Notes: generated by a model not told the origin, from the letters alone. Positions 10,466-23,822 are shown, counted from the stretch's first letter. The stretch is 64,000 nt of DNA from Octopus sinensis (GCF_006345805.1 NC_043007.1:59644001-59708000), one strand, 5' to 3'. Translations and numbers: made by a program.

Positions 10466-11224
10466 TCATGCAATAGTGAAAATATTCAAAACATTTACCG
10501 CGTAATAAGTGCATATACACGAAAGCAGACGTTCTAAGATATGTATGCATACACGCACATATCGTAAAACATATGATTTCATACTTATAATAACATCCAT
10601 ATTTGCACAAACACCCTCTCATACATACATTAAAATTACCAATAAACACAATTTTAAAAACTTAAAACATCATAAGAGTTTGAAAAATTGAACATTAGGC
10701 ATGTATCAGAATTACAATGAAAAGCATAGATAGGTGCTTACATTAATAAATGCATACATATAGGAGAGTGTGTACGTGCTACAACAAGATTCTAGCTTGG
10801 AAAGGTATGAAAGAGAATCTTTATAGTTTTGACATTTACGAGATTCATCAATCATAGCTAAAAGCTGTGACAGAGCGGTTGCGTTCAAACGTTGCAGTTT
10901 GTTAGTTTATTGGTTCTTTTCATCGTAAATTAAAAGACAGACTTTTACTGGTGTGAATATCATAAATGTGTGGATTAAAGAAGGGCAATGTCGTACGAAA
11001 TACCACTCCAAAAGAGATTTTTAAAATGTACGACTACATCTGTCGAACAGATGTGAATAATTTTTGAGCATTAATTTGCTACTAGACCACAAGGGAAATA
11101 ATATATGTTGACCGAATTCTGCATTAATAGCTTCCGATGCAGATAGACACACACACGCACACAGACAGGCAGATGGATAGGTAGACAGATAGAGTTGAAG
11201 GCTTATCTACGCCCTACACAGATA

Positions 11225-11271
11225 ATATACTGTGTTTGTACATATATATATATATATATATACAGACAGAC

Positions 11272-11347
<76 letters not shown>

Positions 11348-11411
11348 TGATAGATTGATTGATAGATAGATAGGTAGGTAGGTAGGTAGGTAGGTAGGTA
11401 GGTAGGTAGGG

Positions 11412-11500
<89 letters not shown>
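11225..11500. repeat. (TA)n(GATA)n(GGTA)n(GATA)n compound microsatellite
   Basis: Direct inspection. Confidence 0.95.
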
Positions 11501-11502
<2 letters not shown>

Positions 11503-11677
11503 ACTAAATCTAGGTCAGTTTATAGTCTTTCTAGTGCCTCTGAGATTGTTAAATAAAGTGCTAGGTAAATATTAAGATGGGCTAACACATAGACAAATGG
11601 ATGGAATGACTAGGTAATGAGATATAATGGGAAGTATAACAAGCATATTCTTCTATTCTTTTACTTATTTCAGTCAT

Positions 11678-11710
<33 letters not shown>

Positions 11711-11762
11711 AGACCCTGCGCAAGGATGACACGCAAATTCGTGAAGCGCTCCATATTTTTTT
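11678..11762 (+). pseudogene. U6: 5'-truncated U6 snRNA copy
   Basis: ctaaaattggaacgatacagagaagattagcatagaccctgcgcaaggatgacacgcaaattcgtgaagcgctccatattttt matches U6 from ~nt 25 to the 3' oligo-U, including the ACAGAGA box. The 5' stem-loop is missing. Confidence 0.92.
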
Positions 11763-11763
11763 T

Positions 11764-11970
11764 AAGGCGGCGAGCTGGCAGAGACGTTAGCACGCCGGGC
11801 GAAATGCGTAGCCGTATTTCGCCTGCCGTTACGTTCTGAGTTCAAATTACGCCGAGGTCGACTTTGCCTTTCATCCTTTCGGGCTCGATTAAATAAGTAC
11901 CAGTTACGCACTGGAGTCAATGTAATCGACTTAATCCGTTTGTTTGTCCCCTCTGTGTTTAGCCCCCTGT
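11764..11970 (+). mobile_element. tRNA-derived SINE (ggcggcgagctggcaga... family)
   Basis: A/B-box-like head (tggcagagacgtt; gttcaaatt) and gactttgcctttcatcctttcggg core. Directly abuts the U6 copy. Confidence 0.85.
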
Positions 11971-11971
11971 G

Positions 11972-12059
11972 GGGTCCAAGGTGCCGCGCAGTGGGGCGGA
12001 GCCCAGAACCATGTGGTTGGTAAACAAGCTACTTACCACATAGTTACTCCTGCGCCTAT
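11972..12059 (-). mobile_element. SINE 5' head fragment (CORE-like family)
   Basis: ccaaggtgccgcgcagtggg...aaccatgtggttgg...ctcctgcgcct is the reverse head of the family at 56766. Confidence 0.75.
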
Positions 12060-12120
12060 CGATAACTAAATTGATATAGACAGGTAAATAGACAAAGAGG
12101 TGGGAAATAGCGATAGAAAG

Positions 12121-12156
<36 letters not shown>

Positions 12157-14044
12157 GTATGTGTGTGTGTGTGTGTATGCGTGTGTATAGATAGATAGAT
12201 AGATAGATTGATAAATGAATAGATTGAGTGAAAGCTAAAGTGATCGATTGATATATCGATAAATTAATTGATAGATAGATAGATAAAAAAGAGGGAGAGA
12301 GACACAGGTAAAGAGAGAGAGAGAGATGGACAGAGACAGGATGATGTTGAATAGTGGAATATAAATTACTGACTCTAAGTAAAAGCAAATCTTAGTTTGA
12401 AAGCTTTTATCACTCATTAAATTGTAAATGACCAGCAAGTCAACAAACCATCGAACTTATTTTTTGCGTTGACGTCATTCAGACAGAAAAAGTGTTTGTG
12501 TGGAGAGAGGGACAATGCTAATTAATTCACGTGAAAGTGTTTTGTTCATTGTATATTTTTTGTTAACTGCTGCAGTAAAGCTGTGTGTATCCCAATGCAG
12601 GTGGTCTTGAGTAAAACCAGGCAATTATAATAGAATGGTTCTCTTAATATTATGGTTTTCATTATAATTCGTTTGAAGATAGAATCGTTAGGGCGTCGAG
12701 CGGAAAATCTGGTAGTTATTATTTAGATTACTTTATCCCTTGTGTTCACATTACACTTTTATTATTCCGGGGTTTATAAAATTAATACTGAGGTTAATGA
12801 AACTGACTACAGTTGTCCTTGTTGGTAAAGCTAGAGCAAATATGCAGAGTGAATATAATCAACTATAGCCCCGCCCTCTTCTTCACTTAAAACGTGTCGT
12901 GTTGCACCTATGTCAGAAATTATGTAATTATGTAGATGGCAGAATCAATAGAACGCTCTACAATATTTACGTTGTTTTACACTTTAATTTCCAATCTCAG
13001 TGAGATCGATTTGCATTTCAAACTGCTGGAATCGGCAAAATAGCACCAGTAAGCTATTGGGGGGTCTGATGACATAAGCGGTATAATGTGCTATTCTTAG
13101 TCATTGGAACTATGATCTGATACTTCACTGGTTCTTGCCTCTCACTCGTAGAAGGTAACTGGAGAAAGCCTGGTGCGGTAGCAGAGTGGGTTTCCAATAT
13201 CGTCTGCAGGTTCAACAGCTAGAGCAGGACTGGGACGGGTAAGCTTGAAGAATTAATCGAGGTTTCAGTTTTTTGGCTTTTCTAACTTGTTTCAATCGTG
13301 AGACTGCGGTCATACTGGGGCACCGCCTTGAAGAAGTTTTAGTCGAATGTGTCGACCCTAGTACTTTAGTTTTCAAAGACTGGTACCTATTCTATCGGTT
13401 TGTTGTACCTAAACGCTAAGTTACGGGGATATAAACACACCAGTACCGGTTGTCTCAACGGAGTACGTTTTAACGAGGGTGCTCTGTATAGACCCAGGAA
13501 CAGAGAGAGCAGGCGATGTAAGTGCACCCCCTAATTTTTTTTCTTTTTTGCGGTGGTTTGGCAATGGAAACGCTTTGAACACTCAGGGTTGGACCTGGGT
13601 TTGCACCCCTTCCTAGGCAAATTTTGTTCCCGCACTTATGGTACCCTGTATTTTTTATACTGATCTATCATGAGCAGGGACTGAACTGAAACGCAAACTA
13701 GGGGTGCAAAATCTCTCGCGACCCCCTTCATCCATGATACAATACCATATTAGAAATTGAAACTTAAACTGCTCATTTTATTTGTTTACTTTTTTAATTA
13801 TTTCTTTATTTCTTTCTATATTTACTTATTTGTTTGTTTATTTATTAATTCGAAAACTCGATGAAGTATACCGCCAACGTACTTTCATTCTTTCTCAAAG
13901 CAATGTTACCATTGTTTATATTTGTGGGTTACAGAGGTCTGTTGTAAAACATGTTATATAAAACGAGTTATACACAATAGAAGAATAGGGTTGACGCTGA
14001 CACACCACCACCGCCACTAACACCACCGCCACCACCCCACCACC

Positions 14045-14076
<32 letters not shown>

Positions 14077-14312
14077 CAACAACACTACCAGCAATAATAC
14101 CAGACCAACAGCAAAAGCAACAACAGCATCAGCGCCAAAACTTCCACCTTCATAACAAGCGCCAGTAACACTGCCATCCACAAGCAGAACCACTACCTCA
14201 ACACCATCATCACCACCATCACCATCACCACAAGCATAGCTAGCACTAGCAGCAGCAGGACCACTACTGTCATCCTCAACATCAGCGACATCATCACCAT
14301 CGCCAACACCTA

Positions 14313-15944
14313 CAGTTGCGGCCAAAATGTTCAGAACGGCATTGTTTTCGTTAGAAAAGTAGGTATAAGTTTTTATTAAAGTTGTTTTATATTCTATAAT
14401 TTTCACAGACAATAAATACAATATTAATTGGTATTGTCTAAGATTTTGGTGTAATTTGAGTGGATAATACAAAAGTTATGGATGATTTAGTGATTTACTG
14501 CAAAACCCATGGTGGCCAAAATGATCAGAACACGGTTGAAAAAATAACAAAATAATCAAAAAGTGACAGAGAATGCTGGAATTATTTCATATTTAGTGTG
14601 AAGCCCTTTAGCTTCAATCAAAGTTTGACATTTTCGATTGCATGGGGAAATTAAATTTTCAATTTCTTGCTGGGTGATCTTATTCCATTCTTCCTGAAGG
14701 GCATTCCATAATTGCTCGGTTGTTTTAGGATTTCTGGCTTTCAAACGTTCTCCTAGAATATTCCACACATTTTCAATAGGATTGAGGTCTGGGCTTTGTA
14801 GCAGGCCAAACCATAACAATAACCTTTTCAGCCTTGAGGAAGTTCATGACCACCTTAGCCTTGTGACATGGGGCATTGTCCTGCATAAATATGGGTGGTC
14901 GCTTAGTTAAATTTCTCAGCACAGGCAAGACATGATCTTTTACAAGTTGTTATAAACTCCTGCATTTACCTTTCCATGTAATCGCAGCAAAGGGCCCACA
15001 GCATCTCCAGATATCATCTCCCAAACCATGACACTTCCTCCACCAAATTTAACACTAGTCTTAAGGCATTTAGGCGACAATTTTTCACCTGCTTTTCGAC
15101 GAACGTACCTTTTCCCATCTGGGCCAAATAACATAGACTTAGATTCATCACTTAAATGCACCATTTGTCATTTTTCTTGAGACCACAACACATGTTAGGT
15201 TGCAAAGGTAAGACGACATTTTTTATTCTTGGAGCTGATCAGTGGCTTCACTGCAGGTGCTCTTGCTTGTAGGTTATGTTCAACTAAAGGACGAGACACA
15301 GTCTTTCGAGACAAAGTTTTCTTCAGTACAATGCTCATTTCCCGAGAAACAGCAGCAGCAGTTTTAAATCTTTCCTTTTTAACCAACTTTACCATAGCAC
15401 GATCTTCTCTCTTGGTCGTTTTTCTTGGCCTACCTGTAGACTGTCTTGCTTCACACGAACCACAATCATCGTAGACCTTAAGAATACCGTGAACAACACT
15501 TTTTGACTTGTTAACAATCTTTGCAATAGACCTAATACTTAAATTATCCTTCTTTCGAAGCTTAATAATCTGCTGACGAATTGGTAACGGAGTAATTGGC
15601 ATTATATTAACAAAGTACACTGCAGATATTCTTAGGCGTGTTTAGTAAATGAACCGCCACGTAAACAAATTCAAAACATTAGAGTTCGCTGGTTAAATAT
15701 ACTAAAACATGGAGTAAAAGCAACCGTTCTGATCATTTTGGCCGCTATGGGATTTGCAGTAAATCACTAAATCATCCATAACTTTTGTATTATCCTCTCA
15801 AATTACACCAAAATCTTAGACAATAACAAATAATATCGTATTTATTGTCTGTGAAAATTATAGAATATAAAACAACTTTGATAAAAACTTATATCTACTT
15901 TTCTAACGAAAACAATGCCGTTCTGAACATTTTGGCCGCAACTG
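14313..15944 (-). mobile_element. Full-length Tc1-family DD34E transposon with ~225-bp IR/DR TIRs
   Basis: TIRs at 14313-14538 and 15721-15944, TA dinucleotide on both sides, outer and inner DRs (g(c/t)ggccaaaatg(t/a)tcagaac). Confidence 0.93.
14556..15620 (-). pseudogene. Tc1 transposase, frameshifted (three ORF pieces)
   Basis: HTH region with GRPRKTTKREDR, then SDESK, KFGGGSVMVW, QDNAPCHKAK and SPDLNPIENVW motifs in different frames. Confidence 0.9.
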
Positions 15945-15963
15945 TATAACAACGGCTGCAGTA

Positions 15964-16147
15964 GAGGTGCAATGGCCCAGTGGTTAGGGCAGCGGACTCG
16001 CGGTCGTAAGAACGTGGTTTCGATTCCCAGACCGGGCATTGTGAGTGTTTATTGAGCAAAAACACCTAAGCTCCACGAGGCTCCGGCGGAGGGTAGTGGT
16101 GAACCCCACTGTACTCTTTCACCGAAACTTTCTCTCACTTTTTCTTC
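15964..16147 (+). mobile_element. tRNA-derived SINE 5' part
   Basis: A box tggcccagtgg and B box gtttcgattcc, followed by a non-tRNA body. Confidence 0.75.
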
Positions 16148-16414
16148 TTACTTCTGCCGCAAACCAGAGGAACCATGGTGTAACCCACTATGGTGTGGTA
16201 AACTTTCAGACCCTAGTCTAGCTTGCGAATCCTCTGTACCCCAGGATATTTCAGCTCTCCACCGTTTACGGAATGAGGATAACAACGTAGCTTTCGCGCC
16301 CGTGCACCGCCAATCTATCGCGTGTGGTGGGTGGATCTTCAAGTTGCCACACACATTCTTAGTAGCTTAGAGTAGGCTCGAATTAGAGATTATTCTTTGT
16401 GGCTATTGGCGTGA

Positions 16415-16570
16415 GTCCTGATTAGAAGAAGAAGAAGAAGAAGAAAAGAAGAAGAAGAAGAAGAAGAAGAAGAAGAAGAAGAAGAAGAAGAAGAGAGAAG
16501 AAGAAGAAGAAGAAGAAGAAGAAGAAGAAGAAGAAGAAGAAGAAGAACAACAACAACAACAACAACAACG
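16415..16570. repeat. (GAA)n(CAA)n microsatellite
   Basis: Direct inspection. Confidence 0.95.
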
Positions 16571-16959
16571 GCTGCAGCAACAATGCCACCAGCGCCTTTA
16601 CGACAACGACCATCACGACCGCCACGATGACGACCAAAATTGCTGGCCTCGTATGAAATTTGAAACCAATATACATCTATATAGACTCAGTTAAAATAAT
16701 TCAGTAGCAGATAAAAAGCTGACCAATAAGTTAAATATTTCCACAGCCATTTTGGGATCGCTGCTGGAGTGGTCAGCTTGTTTTCTAGCAACGGGGTACA
16801 TGGGCAGTCGGGTGGGAAAATGGTTAACACCTGGTTATCGGAATAAATTGCGGACTTGCTGTAGAGAAAATAACATTCATTTGATACACGACAATACAGG
16901 AGGAAACACGCAAAATAGTACACTGGATTTTACTTCAATGCACTGCAATGGCACTACAA

Positions 16960-17760
16960 TAATACTGTACTAACACAGCACTAACATTGCACTGACATTA
17001 AATTGACACTGAACTGATGTTCCACTGACACTGCGTTAACACTTAATTAAAATTGCACTGACATAGTACTGACACAACCGTGACAAGAAACTGGCACTAC
17101 ACCTACACTGCATTGATACTACATCATCACTGCAATAGCACTGGACTTACATTACACTAACACTGCAAGGACACTGCTACCAGATTGCACCGGCATTGCA
17201 CGGACAGAACACTAACATGCATTAAACTGACACGGTATATCTATCATTATAACACTGCACTGATATTGCACTGACACTATTTTAACACTACATTAGCGCT
17301 GCACTGGCATAGTACTGATACAGCATTGACAGTAAACTAGCACTGCACTTGACAATTGCATTGATACTACATCATCACTGCGAGAGCAGTGCAATAACAT
17401 TATCCTGATACTTGATGACACTGCATCGTCATTGCACGGACAGAAAATTAACATGCATTAACACTACACTGGCATGAAACTCTCACAGCAGAACTATTAC
17501 AATAACACTGCGCTAACACTGCTGTGGTAATACAGTAACAGTGTACTCTGTCGTTCCAATTTTACTGTATGTGTTGCCGCGCTAACACTGCATCAGTACT
17601 GCATGACACTTTGCTGACAGTGCACAGACATTACTGTAGCACTGCAATGACAATTTACCGACATTGGACGTATACTACATTGACAATGCAGTAATAACGC
17701 GCTGACACACTTACATTGCACTAGTACTGCTTTGTAACTGTACTTCTCAATTGTATTACA
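16960..17760. repeat. Degenerate CACTG/CATTG-rich low-complexity repeat
   Basis: Dozens of acactg/gcactg/cattg motifs at irregular short spacing. Confidence 0.8.
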
Positions 17761-17829
17761 CTTCCATATGTCAAAACTGCCAAGAGATATCGATATTTCC
17801 TTGAAATCTATAGCTCTATATGCTTTCTT

Positions 17830-19063
17830 GAAGCAGTAACAGCAATGGACGCACCACGATGATGATCACCACCACCAACAGCATCACCACCACTTGCATC
17901 GTTATAACCACCGGCATCACCAAACCGTCACCACCACCACCACCACACCACCACCACCACCTCCAACACCATCGCCGCCACCGCCGCCGCCGCCGCAACC
18001 ACCACCACCACCACCGCCACCACCACCACCACCACCAACTACAACAACAACAACAACGCTACCACCATCGTTGCCACTACCAACATCGCCACTATCACCA
18101 GTAATAACAGTGACACCATCCCCATCACCATCACCATCTTACGGACGTGACACTCCTCACCAACCCTCGCTAGCAGCACATCGACTCCTGCACCGACCCC
18201 TGCAAATCAACCACTACACCAACAGTAACAAAAACCATAAGCAATTTACGAAAACGCCATGGATGGCAACAACAACAACAACAACAACAGCTGCAGCAAC
18301 AAGGGCAAGAGCAACAGCAACAACAGCTAAAAACTAAATCTCGTATACATACATGTCTTTTTTTTTTCTTAGAGTGTTCTAAAGCTGATCTGGTTTACTT
18401 TCCGGATTCGTGAAAAAAAAAACAAAAAAAAAAAATCAAGCAAGCAAATATATAGAATAAGATAAAATAAAATAAAACAATAATAATCATTTCTGTATTT
18501 TAACAAACTTCTCCAATATGGCGCCATTATATTTACATTGATTTCAATTATTTGTCTTTCTTTCGTGATTCGTATATTTTTGTTTTTGTTTCTTTTTTTT
18601 TGTTTGTTTTTAGTTCGTTCCTCTTTCTTTGGCATAGTTCTTTATGAAGTCTTCATTTCTTGTCAAAATGTTCTTCTTAATCTCCTTCGAACCATTTTTA
18701 TTCCCCGCTCCACCACCACCACCACCACCACCAACAACAACAGCAACAACAACAACAACACCACAACCACTCCCACACCACCACCACTACTGTCATCACC
18801 ACCCTGACGATCACTACATCCCCAACCATCACCACAACTGTAATCATCCTCGCCACCAGCACCATTGCCACCACCACCACCACCATGGCCGCTACCTTCA
18901 CCGCTGCTGCCCCACACCGCCATCACGACCACCACCACCACTCTATTTTCTTTCTCACTATAAGTCTTAATGATCTTAGCTCCCCTTCCTTACCCCGCCA
19001 TATTCTTGATTTTCTGGTCCTCCCTGGTTCCAATCGTTGTTTTCTTCGTCTTCCTCATATCAT

Positions 19064-19135
<72 letters not shown>

Positions 19136-19600
19136 ATTGTTTTTCTACGTCATCTTCGACGATGTTGAGATTTTGATGATGACCATGATGATGATGATGG
19201 TGGTGGCGGTGATGATAATGATAACGACGATCACGATACTCTCACCTCCACCTGTCCTACTCTTTCTTCCTTACATCATCATCATCATCATCGCCCCATC
19301 CCACTCCCACCATCATTGTTATCACCTCCTCCCCTTCATCATCATTATCATCATTATCATCATCATCATCATCATCAACATCATCATCATCATCATCATC
19401 AACATCATCAGCATCATTATCTTAATCCTTCCTCTTCACCAGCATCTCCGACCTGCTTTTACCTATCTTATTGTTTTCTGTCTATTTCTCAACAGCACAA
19501 CAGGTGGGGGTTTGTTACAACGGGTCCTTCTTTCAGCACACACACACACACAACACACACACACACACACACACAGACTCACTCACTCACTCACTCACAC
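17830..19600. repeat. Trinucleotide low-complexity block (CAC, CAA, CAT, TAC) with unique islands
   Basis: Direct inspection; source of the poly-H/P/T/I ORFs. Confidence 0.9.
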
Positions 19601-20029
19601 GCCCGCACAAACATTCTCTTTTCGTTTGACATGTTTAATTGTAATTTACCAGTCTCTGGCGGGTTCCAGCAATATGACGAAAACCTTTGTCTTCGAGAAT
19701 AAATTCAAGAAAGACATGATGATGATGATGATATGTACACAAATCCGCGCGCACGCACACACACACACGCACACTTAATGTTTACAAGTGTGTTTCATTA
19801 AGCGTGAATGTACTTTTCGGTTGACATTGTGTAATTGATTTAGTCTATACTGTATTCTTGAACTCTTGTTTTTCATTTAATTTCAAACATTTTATTTACA
19901 TTTCCCCTCGCATGTGTTTCTCCCTTTCTTCCTACTGTGATCCCCTCTCTCATTCTCCTATCTATTTCTGTCGGTTTTCCACGGTCACTTCTCTTTAATG
20001 CTTTTATTAAAATTCACAAATACTTTTGT

Positions 20030-20345
20030 TAGCCTCGGGCCAACCAAAGCCTTGTGAGTGAATTTGGTAGACGGAAACTGAAAGAAGCCCGTCATATATA
20101 TGTATATATATATATATATATATGTATGCGTATGTATATGTTTGTGTGTCTGTGTTTGTCCCCCAACATCACTTGACAACCGATGGTGATGTGTTTACGT
20201 CCCTGTAACTTAGCGGTTCGGCAAAAGAGACCGATAGAATAAGTACTAGGCTTCCAAAGAATAAGTCCTGGGGTCGATTTGCTCGACTAAAGGTGGTGCT
20301 CCTGCATGGCCGCAGTCAAATGACTGAAGCAAGTAAAAGAGTAAA
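20030..20345 (+). mobile_element. 5'-truncated CORE-like SINE with internal microsatellite
   Basis: gcctcgggccaaccaaagccttgtgagtg...gacggaaactgaaagaagcccgtc (TA)n ...gactgaagcaagtaaaaga. Confidence 0.85.
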
Positions 20346-20989
20346 CATTCTCCACATAATCATATACATTGTGTCGGTTGTTCCGTCACTCCACCGTTGT
20401 TCCCGGCGGAAAAATACATTATACCGACTTACGATCCCAATGACATGCATGTACGCAGAAATAACGTGATCTATCAGTTCCACTGCCACTCCTGGACACT
20501 TTTCCTCAGCTACTGATATTTCCATGCTTTTTAGAACTATACCTCTAAACGAAATGCATTCTCTAGACGAATACTGCAGCATTGTGGCATTCTTTTAGTA
20601 TATCCACGTTAAATAAAATATACAGATTGCTTTATGCATACACACACACACATGCGTATATAAACGCGTGCTTGCGCGCGCGCACACACACACATGCATA
20701 ATGGTACACGTATGGAAACTTACATCTGGATTTAAATGTCTATCAACAATTCGATGATTGTTCCACGTCTTCAGCTGGTCCAAGCCCAGTGCACGTAACA
20801 CCGATTATAAAAACGTAAAAAAACACTACTGGGTGAGCAGGAAATATCTCTCATGGACATTAGATCGTTCAAGAGGAACAGCTCTTTTAGGCTTGATTAC
20901 GGATCTTGGCAAAACCGTTACCCTATTAGGTGTTTGTTAAAATAGTGCAGAGATACAAATATAAAGTAATACGATACAAAAATATATCT

Positions 20990-21670
20990 AAAAACACAAC
21001 AGTAGATAAATAAGTGCATGTATACTTACTTAGAAGTATAAATGAAAATGAAACGATAGGATGTTAGGGTTAAAACAGTATTATAAAATTCAGAAACTAA
21101 AGTTTTAAAATCGAATATAAAACCTTCAGAAAAATCTTAAAAGCTAAAGAATTAAAAACAAAAGAAAAAACAATTAAAACGAATCAAACGATTGAATATT
21201 AATATTAAACGTTAACACTGAAATTAAAAATTAAAATTTCTAAAATTGAAATGTGAAAATATATAAAAAAATCAAAATTGAAGTTAAAAATCGAAACTAA
21301 AAAAAAATTGAAAATAAAAATAGAAATAATATATTAAAAATGTCTAATTTTTAAAACTTGAATTAATTTTATATATTGCTCATTTTTTAATTTCATATAC
21401 TTTTCACTTTTTAATGTTGGTATTTTTAATACCTTATTACTTTTAATTTTTAAGCTCCAATTTTTAATTTGCATGTTAACTTCTGATATCAATATTCAAT
21501 ATTTTGATTCGCTTTTAATTTTTTTTAATGCTTTGATTTCTAAGGATTTTCGTAAAGTTTTATATTTAATCTTTAGCTTTTAAGTTTTTAATACTATTTT
21601 AACCTTAATATCCTCTCTTTTTATTTACATACATTTATTTATCTATTTATTTACTTTTGTCTTTTTAGAT
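20990..21670. repeat. Degenerate AT-rich fold-back (long imperfect inverted repeat)
   Basis: A-rich left arm and T-rich right arm with nested complementary blocks, e.g. gggttaaaacagtatta/taatactattttaacc and gaatcaaacgattgaatatt/aatattcaatattttgattc. Confidence 0.6.
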
Positions 21671-21689
21671 ATACCCTTTATTTTATTCA

Positions 21690-21730
21690 TATTTATATAA
21701 ACTGAAAGAAGCCCGGTCGAATATAGATAT

Positions 21731-21767
<37 letters not shown>

Positions 21768-21995
21768 TGTGCGTGCATATGTGCGTGTATGTGTATGCAT
21801 GCGTGTGTGTGTTTGTGTTGTCAACCGGTTTTGGTGTGTTTACGGTCCTGTAACTTAGCTGTTCAGCAAAAGAGCCCAAGAGAACTTTAAAAAAGGGTTT
21901 AAAAAAGTACGGGGGTTGATTCACTGGACTAGAAATTTAAGGCGATGCCCTAGCATGACCACAGTTTAATGACTGAAATAAGTAAAGAATAAAAG
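21690..21995 (+). mobile_element. CORE-like SINE 3' half
   Basis: aactgaaagaagccc-(TG)n-tail ending gactgaaataagtaaaga. Confidence 0.75.
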
Positions 21996-22001
21996 ATACG
22001 A

Positions 22002-22092
<91 letters not shown>

Positions 22093-22489
22093 AGTTAATA
22101 AAAAAACATATATAAAAAAGAACTACACTTTAAAGAATAGAGCAGTAATTGTTACAACAAAATTTTATAACTTGGACATAGAAGTACCCAAGGATTCGCA
22201 TCCACAAAGCCGCCTCGTGGACAGTTTGTCAGACTCTCTAGAAAGACGAAAAATTTTAAATATCTATGTCGCGGATATGAGGAAAAGTCTGAGAAATCGA
22301 GAAATACGTCTTAACAAAATATACGTTAATGAGAATGAGTTAGCTCCCCTGATCTTGGTGTACAAGGCTTACAAAGAATAAGTTCTAGGGGCGATTGCTT
22401 TGACTAAAATCCCTATAAGGTGGTGCTCCAGCATGTCCTTAGTAAAAATGAGTGAAACAAATAAAAGAATAAAAGAAAATATATATCTA

Positions 22490-23390
22490 TATATCCTTGA
22501 CGTGACCCTGGACCTGGAATCAGGTGCCCATAGGCCTTGCCATCCAGCCATAGTCTTTAGGAACCTAGTTAACGGCGTCAGCAAGAGAATCTCCAGCTTG
22601 TCTTCAAGTAAAGAGATCTTCGATGCTGCCGCCCCGGACTACAACCGGGCTCTGGCTGCCCGCGGTTTTAGGGATAGTATTAGTTGCATGCAAGACTCTA
22701 GCCTCACCAAGAGAAAGTACCACCGGAAAGTATTGTGGTTCACACCGCCTTTATCTTTAAACGTTAGGACTAGAGTAGGTAAGATCATTCTTAGTTTAAT
22801 TGATAGACACTTCGTACCAATAGATTCTACAAAATATTTAATAGACATACCCTAAGATTGTCCTTTAGCTGTGTACTTAGTGTAGGTAGACCCAAACCCG
22901 AGACTGAGACAGGATGCTCATGTAGGGTAACACAACTTGTCCAATGCAATACGGAGGCAGCAGGACCCAATGGACAACCGAGCGTGTAGGGGCATCGAAA
23001 GGCCCCTTCAGAATTCTCTTTGATAACCACAAGTCTTCATTCAACATCCCACAGAGACGTAACATCACAACCCTAGTCATTCAACATCCCGCTGAGACGT
23101 AACATCACAACCCTAGTCAAACACGTCTGGCCTTTAACAGAAAGCGCCATGTATGACAAACTGTCCAGGTGTTGGCTTTGTGGATGCGAATCCTTGGGTA
23201 CTTCTATGTCCAAGTTATAAAATTTTGTTGTAACAATTACTGCGCCATGGAGTACAGCATAAAGTGGAAGAACATAGAAAGATGCAAGCCGTACTTCAAT
23301 AGTAGCAGGAAGTGAAGATTGAAACCACGACCTTCCCTAGGGCCCAGCATAAAGAGTTTGACCATGATACACAAAACCCCAGAGCTTATA
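22490..23390 (+). mobile_element. Penelope-like element remnant (RT thumb to GIY-YIG)
   Basis: LDVTLDLESGAHRP, YNRALAARGF and KRKYHRKVLWFTPPLSLNVRTRVGKIILSLIDRHF motifs; later frames are broken. Confidence 0.8.
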
Positions 23391-23438
23391 TTTATATTCG
23401 TTATTTACATTTGACGGATATTTGTCCTCATTTTGTTA

Positions 23439-23486
<48 letters not shown>

Positions 23487-23822
23487 GAGTGAGAGAGCAG
23501 TGCATGCCATCAAAGTGACACTGGGGTAAAATATACAAAGCCCAATATACCCATCATGACTACCCGTCTGATAAAGGTACACCAGGCACATGCATCACAA
23601 CCATATGTGCGCGACATGGTGATCTCATATCAAGATAAACAGCACATGACCTTGCAGGTGGGGCCCAGTTAGATTTTCTTCAGGTTGAGTAGCCCATCCC
23701 GCTCAAAAGGTCCCTGAATAAGAGTTGTTTAAGGATGTTGAAAGAACCACCCATGTTTCCAGAGGTGAATTATTCAAACCCCCAACAATACCTCTCAACA
23801 CATGGCTATGATGCTCCCCCAC

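Noticed and set aside
11678-11762. Functional U6 gene
   Set aside because: The 5' stem-loop is missing, there are internal substitutions, and no upstream PSE/TATA context is recognisable.
13036-13085. CTGATGA at 13066-13072 inside an aatagcac/gtgctatt inverted repeat as a hammerhead or C/D snoRNA
   Set aside because: No GAAA/stem III or NUH site, and no correctly placed D box.
15964-16035. tRNA gene
   Set aside because: Has A/B boxes but no closed acceptor stem, and it continues into a SINE body; the same applies to the other SINE heads.
16149-16370. Plus-frame YFCRKPEEPWC resembling a kringle motif (host exon)
   Set aside because: The remaining cysteine pattern does not fit, no convincing splice sites, and it is flanked by a SINE and a microsatellite.
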